Assembly: GCF_018350175.1 (NCBI RefSeq)
Contig: NC_058380.1
Location: forward strand, 91,574,001 to 91,638,000
Length of the DNA stretch: 64,000 nt
Origin: Felis catus
Lineage: Eukaryota
Direction: 5' to 3'
A program made the position numbers and the translations under genes. The notes beneath the pieces were generated by a model. It did not search any database and was not told the DNA's origin. It was given only the letters and a program-made list of their open reading frames with translations. Positions 56,804-64,000 of this stretch are shown here, piece after piece (position 1 is the stretch's first letter; every line of letters begins with the position of its first letter).

Positions 56804-58198
56804 TCAGGGGCTGTCAAAGTCTACACCACTGGCTGGTTTCTTACTGGGAGAGAAGAGGAAGAGACACTATGGTTTTACGGAGGGAGGGGCAGGGGTCCAG
56901 GGCTGGGCCAGGGGCACAGGAGGGAGGGGCAGGGGGTGAGTACCTCTTGAAGCCAGGGTTGATGAGGGACTCTCCTGGACACCGCCTCCTGACCCCAAGT
57001 CCAGGGCCACCTCTCTGAGGGTCCGGGTCTGAGGGCAACAGGACGGGACAGGGCTTCCTGAGTCGGTAGGATTCCAGAGCCACAGCCCCCTCTCCGTGCA
57101 CATGCTGTCTTTGGGGCCCGACTCTTGTTCTGGGGAAGGGGAGTCCCAGAGGGAGGAGGAGCACAGCCCCCACCGAAGTCCCAGGTGACAGGCCTTACCT
57201 GGTAAGAAGAACTGAGGCCCTGCCAGACAAGGGCTCTTTTTGGGGCTGGTGGCTGTCACCTGCAGGCCTGGGGAAGAAAGCCAGGAATGGAGGCACGAGC
57301 AGGGGGACCCTAGTGAAGATTCGGGGTACCCGCTCCCCACCCCACCTGCCAGCTGCCTCTTCAAGTTGCACACTTGCTCTGCCAGACCCAGGGTCAGTGC
57401 CCGCAGCCTGGAGGCTGCCTCTGGGCCCGGCACCTTGGAGAGCTCAAAATCCAGGGCCCAGGGCCCCCCGGAAAGGGTTAGGGATGCTCCATCCTCCCGC
57501 AGGGCGAAAGTCACAGCTTGCTGCTCACAGGCTGCCCTAGGAAAGGAGGTGTGCTGAGTGCGGTGTCCAGACCCCCAGCTCCACACCCACCCTTCCTTCC
57601 CCGCTCAGCGACTCACCTGAACCGGGGGGTGATCTCCTCAGCCGCACTCAGGCCCAAACGGGCTTTCTGCAGGGCACAGGGGCTGGTCACCAGCTGCCCA
57701 AGACTCTGGAACCACCCCAAAGCTGCCTGACGGAGGGCCACCCAGGACCCCGGGCCAATCTTAGGGCTACAGTTACAAAGCTGGGGGAAGGGTGTCCAGA
57801 CCCCCCCCCCCAACCCACCCCTACCGCGGGATCCCAGACCGCCCCCTGCGATCCCAGAGGTGGTCCGCACTGCAGGTACGGAGTGCCGGGGGCTTCCAGG
57901 CCTGCCCGGGAGCCCCGATACCCACGAGGGCCTCCAGGCTGTCCGCCGTGAAGCAGGTGCTCCAGAGTTCCGCGGCGTCCGTCACACTGTGGGGGGAGGG
58001 GCTGTCAGGCGGAACGGCCCGCAGAACTGTCGGCGCCCCCAGCGCCCCGCGCTCCTCGCCAGCCACTTACTAGAGGTTGAAGCCGCCGCGGCCTCCGTCC
58101 TCGCTTCCCTCCCCCTCGCAATAGCACACGAAGCGCGGGGGCCCGGGCCCCGGCGGCAGCGTGCAGAGAGGCGGCGACAGAGGCGGCGGCGGCACCAT
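56804..58198 (-). CDS. PAXX: PAXX non-homologous end joining factor (C9orf142), 7 exons, 207 aa
   Basis: Minus-strand exons 58198-58071, 57986-57926, 57666-57617, 57536-57346, 57267-57199, 57028-56944, 56843-56804 (624 nt). LSPPLCTLPPG..RFVCYCEGE, VTDAAELWSTCF, and the C-terminal Ku-binding segment RRRCPGESLINPGFKSKKPASGVDFD. Confidence 0.96.
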
Positions 58199-58660
58199 AG
58201 CACCGCGGCCGCGGCAGGGACACCACCCGGGAGGCTGCGGGCCCCAGGGCGCCTGCGCGGGAGGACGGCTCCGGAGCCGGGGGCGGGGCTTACGGCCCAG
58301 GTCCCGCCCCGAAGACCCAGGCCCTTCGCGCCGGCGGCGGGGCCTGGGGGCGGGCTGGAGGGGCGGGGCTCGGTCTCCGGCGGGCGGGGCCCCCCGGGCG
58401 GGCCTGTTCCGGGTGCGGTTCCCGCGTCCGCGCGGAGGCCTGCGCGCCTTCCGCGCGCGGAGTCCGGGGTTCCCTCCCCCGCCGCTTCGCCCCCTGCTGG
58501 TCCCAGCGGCCTCGTCCTGCCTTCCGCACCTGCTGTCGCCCTTCCCGAGATACTGTCTCACGTGGTCTTTAGACGCGCAAACTTTCCCAACGCCGAACCG
58601 CAGCAGGTCGGAATACGACCGTGAATAAAGTGTGGCGGCCAGCGCACGAGGCTCCCGGCA
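57800..58660 (-). promoter_or_regulatory. CpG island promoter of PAXX
   Basis: CpG-dense with GC boxes at ~58280-58390. Confidence 0.75.
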
Positions 58661-60399
58661 CTCATCCATCCATCCCCTCCTTTGTGCCTCCCGTTGTCCT
58701 AGCCTTGAGCACGTTGCTTAACAGACAAGGTCTCTGGTCGCCTGGAGCTTGTGAGATCTAATGGATTGGACAGATAATAAACGAAACATGAAACTCTCGG
58801 GTAGTCCACGTGCGGTCGGAGCTGTGACCCAGGGGAATCGAGGGATGATGGTGACGCGCCAGGATGGGGGATCCCAGGCAGAGGGGCAGCCACTGCAGAC
58901 GCCAGAGGAAGGCACAGAACGGTTCTGCTCAAGGCCTCGCCAGAGGGTCGGGGTGACCACAGGACAGTCGTGGGGAGGGCTGAGGCTGGGCCTGTAGGCC
59001 GCGCTGCTGGTGTTGTCCTGCCCCTCCTCCCCCTCCCCACCGTGTGCCTCCTACGGCCCAGCCTGACCCTCCCTTACGGTCCCCTGGGTGACAGCCTCGG
59101 TGACCCTCCCTTACCGTCCCCTTGGTCCCCTCAGACTCACATGCTTCCTTTGGGGCTTCAGTGAAGTGCCAGCTTCTCAGTCTTCCTCAGTCACCTGACA
59201 CAGTGTCGCAGCCTGCCCACTACCTCCAGTCCTCTCTCCTGTTTCGTGTACTTGTTTTCCAGCCCTGTCACTAGATAAAGTACCTCTGGCCACTTACTGT
59301 GCAGCGGACTGTGAGACGGCCCCAACCGGGCCGGCCTCCTGTGTCTCTGCCCCATCGCAGTCCGGTCGAGTAACTTGCCCCTGGCCAGGAGACTGGAGCG
59401 ATGGGCTGCCTATTCTTTCTCCTTGACTCGCTCACCACCACACGTGGCACAGGACCAAGGCTTGGCAACAACTAGTGAAGGGCTGTCATGCAGACCCCCC
59501 CCCCGGCCGAACCTTCTGGGGAGAACACAGCCCTGGCCTGTGGCTTGACCACGGCCTTGTGGGAACTCTTGTGCCAGAGGCCCTAGATCACCCAGGACCA
59601 GATTCCTGACCCTCAGAAATGGGGGGTAATACATGCTTCTTGTTTCCAGCCAGGGAATTGGGGGGTAATCTGTTATCAGCAGGAGGGAACTAATGCATTT
59701 TTCATCCTGTTTACGGTGGTTCCCCCAGAGGTCCGTGGAGGGGGAGGACTTCACGTCTGTTTCACTAGCCTCGTCTTCAGGGCTTAAACATTGCATTCAG
59801 TAGATATGGTGAATGAGAGAATGCAGGGGGGGGGGGGCTGCTGGAGGGCTTAAGCAGGGGCGGAGTGGGGAGGGGCACAACTGATTTATTTGTAGAAGGC
59901 CCACATTGAGTGCCAGCAGGAGAAAGAGCTGAGGGCTGCACGGGTGGAGGTGGGGGTGCAGGGAGAGTAGCAGAGGGCTGCTGAGAATCCCTCAGGGCAG
60001 AGCTGACTGAGGCTGGGGGGGGGGGTTGCTCAGAGTGGAGGTGGACAGGGGTGAGGTGAGGGGGGTAGGGCTCACAGGTGCCCCTGTCCGTGGGTGGTGT
60101 GGGCACGCCCTTCCCCAAGGTCGCCGGGCTGAAGCAGGTTTGGAGAGAGCCTGGGGGCCACTCCTTTGCTGTAGGAACTCCGCGACATGTCGGTGTCCGA
60201 AGGGGATGCTGAAGTCTACTGTGTACCCAAGACTCCAGAGGAGGGTCAGGTGTGGCAATGGGAGTGTGGGGCCACCAGCCCCCAGGACCCCCTTAAACAT
60301 TCCTTCCTCTGGGCACAGTGCCGGGGGGCCTGGGGGAATGTTTCCAGGGAGAATGCGGCACACTCAACGGAGTCCCCCAAAGTTACTGGCAACGGTCAA

Positions 60400-60690
60400 T
60401 GGCAGCTTGTGTGGAAGAGGGTTTTTTGCCGATGTGGTTACGGATCTCGAGATGGGGAGATTTTCCTGGATTATCCAAATGCTGTCATAGATGTCCTTAG
60501 AGAGAGGCGGAAAGAGATTTCACTAAGAGGAGACTAAAGCCTCTGGAGGGAACGCGGCCCTGACGGTGATTTCCGCCCAGGGGCACAGATTTTGGACTTT
60601 GGGCCTCCAGAACTGTGAGGAGGTAAATGTTACGTTTTAAGCCACCAAGTTTGTGATAATTGGCTACAGCAGCCACAGGAAACCAATACA
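60400..60690 (+). mobile_element. MaLR LTR (MLT1-like)
   Basis: GAGATGGGGAGATTTTCCTGGATTATCC..GGCCTCCAGAACTGTGAG..TTTTAAGCCACCAAGTTTGTG..CAGCAGCCACAGGAAACCAATACA (canonical MLT1 3' end). Confidence 0.8.
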
Positions 60691-61076
60691 AGACCTGAGC
60701 CGAGGAGTTCAAAACATAGAAAACCGAAAGATCTGTTTTCATTTTAGACACAAGGGTCTAGAAAATGTAACTTACCAGCCCATCTTCCTGCAGGGAGCAA
60801 TCTTCTTTAATGTGGGTGTGGGTACGTGTGGATATCTGGGCGCCAGGTAGGTGGGGAAGGGAAAGGACACTGGAGGGAGTGGGGGGGGGCAGGGGGAAAA
60901 GGGTGGCCTCTCACCCCAGGGCATGCAGGGCTGAAGCCTGAGAGCTGGGAGAGCAGTGCTCCTGGCCGGGGCAGCTGTGCTCTAAGGCAGGCGTGGGGCC
61001 AGCATGTTGAGGGTGGTCAGAAGCAAAGATGGGAGGGGATGGGGTCAGAGGTGGGCGGATCGGGGAGGGCCTTCTT

Positions 61077-61294
61077 CTTTTTCAAGTTAAAAAAAATTTT
61101 TTTTAACTTTTATTTATTTTGAGAGAGAGAGAGTGAGCAGAGGAGAGACAGAGAGAGGGAGACAGAATCCCAAGCAGGTTCCGTGCTGCCAGCACAGAAC
61201 CTGATGCAGGACTCTAACTCAGGGACCATGAGATCATGACCTGAGCTGAAATCAAAAGGCGGATGCCCAACCGTCTGAGCCACCCAGGCGCCCC
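61077..61294 (-). mobile_element. CAN-SINE with 14-bp target-site duplication
   Basis: Reverse copy flanked by GGGAGGGCCTTCTT at 61063-61076 and 61296-61309. Confidence 0.93.
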
Positions 61295-62256
61295 AGGGAG
61301 GGCCTTCTTGGCCAGCTAAGGACTTTGGCTTTTCCTGTTGGGGCGATGGGACCCCCTGGGGGCGGTTGGGAGCCCAGCAGGGAATGAGCTGATCCGGCGG
61401 ACGAATTCCGTGGCTTCGGGGCGGGGAACTGGCTGAGGACTGCCCCCGTGTGGTCTGAGCGGGTGGTGCAGGACGACATGAGCCCCTAGTGGATATGTTG
61501 GTGCCGGGGGCACAGCCCTTCTGGGTTCCTGAGGGGTCCTATGGGGCTGCCCCACCCCAGAAGAGGGCCGCCCTCCCTGGAAAAGGTGTCCATAAGGCCA
61601 CGGGGGGGCAATCTGCATCTCCCCACTCGGGCCCTTCCCAGGGGACCTGGTGGGGGGGGGGGGGGGAACAGCGGGGGAGGGCAGGACCACCGGAGCCTGG
61701 TGGCCAGGCTTCCTGCACCGCTTGCCAGGGGAGCGCATCCCCACGTCTCCACCTTAAACCCTTGTTGCTGCCGTGACAACCTTCGTCCTTCTTCTCTGGG
61801 TCCATATGGAAGGCGAGTGACAACAGATAAATCAACCCCTCCATCCGCTAATTTATCACCTGGAGCTCAGACAGTATCTCTCAGCAGATGCCTCCCTAGG
61901 TGGGCAGACAGCACCTTGCCTGTCAAGAGGGTGGGACGGTGAGCTCACAGGTCACACGTGTGGGAGGGGGCTGGCTCTCTGGGCCTTCCCACACACTCTT
62001 CCCCATCCCCAGGGCTCGACTTCCAGACTGGTGTTGTGCTGGGGGCGGGGGGTTGGGGCGGGGGGGAGACCGTGTCCACAGGTGGGCCAGAGGCTGGCAC
62101 GTGGGTTGGGGCAGCCAAGGTGCCCAGGTGTTGGGTGCAGGTGTGGAGGGGCTGTCTGGGGCCCCCAGAGAGTGACCTCCCAGCCCAGAAGGGCCCCAAT
62201 CAAGGCAGCAAATTGGGCAGCACAGGGCTGTGTTTTTAATTAAAAATGTCCAGCCA

Positions 62257-62475
62257 GGGGCGCTTGGGCGGCTCGGGTGGTTAAGCGTCGGACTCTTGGT
62301 TTCGATTCAGGTCACGATCTCACAAAACGTGAGATCGGGGCCGAGATGGGCTCTGCGCTGACAGTGTGGAGCCTGTTTGGGACTCTCTCTCTGTCTCTCT
62401 CTCCCTCCCTCTCTCTCTGCCCCTCCCCCACTTGCACTCTCTCTCAAAATAAAAAACTGAAAAAAAAAAAAAAAA
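62257..62475 (+). mobile_element. CAN-SINE
   Basis: GGGGCGCTTGGGCGGCTCGGGTGGTTAAGCGTCGGACTC head, (CT)n linker, poly-A tail. Confidence 0.92.
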
Positions 62476-62912
62476 GAGCAGCGATATGATCCTACCCAGA
62501 CACAATGGCAGGACAGAGTTTTGCGCATACCCCGCTTTCCTCTGGCTCTGGGTCTGGGGAAGTGCGGGACGGAGCGGCCCAGATACCTGCTCTGTGCTGT
62601 GGAAGGAAGGGTCCCAAAGGCCCAGGAGGTCCCCTGTGTCCGCGGGAGCTCTGGGTGGCCGCCCCGGGGCTGGGCTGCTGAGGCTGGTGCCCTGGTGCGT
62701 GGGGAGGGGGAGCGGGTGGCAGGAAGGCCCCCGCGATGCCCTGGTCAGTCTGGATGAGCTTGCCTCCCTTGGAGCAGAGCCTCGGCTCCTTCCAGGCCAA
62801 GCGCCTGCCCGGCCCTGCAGAGCTCTGCTCGGCCTAGCGAGGGGTCCCACCCTGTGCCCGGACACCACCGTGGAGGGTCAAGAAATGCAGAGCCATGGGC
62901 TTTAGGAGAGTA

Positions 62913-62918
62913 TTTATT
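62913..62918 (-). terminator. Probable polyadenylation signal of the lipocalin gene (AATAAA on the minus strand)
   Basis: TTTATT on + strand, downstream of the lipocalin's last coding exon; fits a non-coding terminal exon of roughly 63200-62895. Confidence 0.6.
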
Positions 62919-63283
62919 GTGCGGGGGATGGGTGGCGGACAGAAACGGTGTGCTCCTGGGGGAAGGCCCCGTACAGCATGGCCCCCAATGGGCACTCCTG
63001 GGAGGACTCTTTCCTGCAAACAAGGGGGCAGATGTAGTGGGGTGAGCGCCGTCTTCTCGTCCCCTCCTGCCCTCCCTGGGCCCAGCCCCAGGGCCCCTCT
63101 GTCCCTGGCCACTGCTGTCTGCGGTCCCACCTTGATTCTATGGTACCCACCACCCTGCCACCTGCTCCCGGCAGGAGGGCCCCCACAGTTCAGCCTTCTG
63201 GCTAAGAGGGGTCTCCATGGGCCTCAGGGCACCGGGCGCTGCATGCTGTGGGGACGGGCGTCCAGGCCGGCCCGAGCACTCAC

Positions 63284-64000
63284 CTAGGAGAAGGCGCCAG
63301 CACACTGGTCTGTGGGAGAGAGTGGGGTCTGAGGAACCAGCCAGAGGCCCCTTCCCCAGGGGGGGAGGCCCCCAACTGCCCCCGAGGAGCCAAGCCTCCC
63401 TGCCTGCAATCCCCTTCGGAGAGGCCACTGGCCAGGGCACTGGCCCGCCCTCTTCTGGCCCAGATAGGTCTGGTGCTTGTCCCAGGGGGGAGTGGTGCTC
63501 CCAGTCTGAGTCTCCTGCAGCCCTGAGCTGGCTCGGGGACAGCACTCACCGGACTGGGGCAGCAGGGCGCCCTGGCTGGGGTTGAGGCCCACTTGGGGTG
63601 CCAGCTGCTGCATTTTCTGGGCACCTTCAGGAAACAGCTCCGGGGCGCGGGCTGAGGGCAGGGAGGGTTGGTGAGCAGAAGAGGGCAGGGTTGGGAGGAG
63701 GAGGGTGGTGGAAGGCGGGGCGGGGCGGGGTGGGGTGGGGTGGGGTGGGAGGCAAGGGGAGGAGGCACGGGGGTGGGGGGAGGGGTCCGGACCCCTCTAC
63801 CACAGACACGGGGGTCCCCAGGAGACCCAGGGACACAGCGGTCCCGCCTGCCATGGACCTGGAACTTGCTGGAACGTGTGCGTGGGCGGCAGTGCAGACG
63901 GACCTTGGGCACACGGCTCCCGGAGGAGCGGCCTGCGCCTGGTGACCAGTGGGGGGACGGGGGGTGCTGGGAGCCCCTCCCCCCAGGACGCCCACCGTAG
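63284..64000 (-). CDS. LCNL1: Lipocalin-like 1 protein, 3' part (partial; 5' exons lie beyond the window)
   Basis: End of an upstream exon at 64000-63996 (..CTACG|gtggg), a 102-nt exon 63651-63550 (ARAPELFPEGAQKMQQLAPQVGLNPSQGALLPQS) and a 26-nt exon 63309-63284 (DQCAGAFS*). Exon sizes, phases and the C-terminal Cys fit lipocalin genes. The symbol rests on synteny (PAXX-LCNL1-PTGDS). Confidence 0.75.

Noticed and set aside
58199-58669. 157-codon in-frame upstream extension of PAXX exon 1
   Set aside because: Runs through the GC-box promoter, where stops are rare; homology starts at the 58198 Met. A TSS beyond 58669 would be needed.

Overview
GC-rich mammalian genomic DNA. The CAN-SINE content indicates a felid (cat-family) genome, and the gene order matches human 9q34.3. 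From splice sites and recognisable proteins I reconstructed six complete multi-exon genes and the 3' part of a seventh: ENTPD2 (+, 495 aa), NPDC1 (+, ~321 aa), FUT7 (+, ~340 aa), ABCA2 (+, 49 coding exons, ~2433 aa, one exon crossing a 132-N gap), CLIC3 (+, 237 aa), PAXX (-, 207 aa) and the last exons of a lipocalin, probably LCNL1 (-). The first ~5.5 kb, 51-53 kb and 59.5-62.5 kb are mostly old L1, LTR and CAN-SINE repeats. Most ORFs in the supplied track are spurious GC-rich or antisense frames. I found no wholly new gene system. The best leads are: an apparent frame switch of the FUT7 N-terminus (the ancestral ATG is out of frame and a second ATG 7 nt downstream rescues the gene); an intact canonical lipocalin C-terminus for LCNL1; several splicing features in ABCA2 (3-nt microexon, reconstituted 5' splice site, duplicated donor, decoy-rich VNTR); an NPDC1 uORF; and several strong TF motifs. 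All comparisons with human or mouse proteins are from memory and need alignment to confirm.
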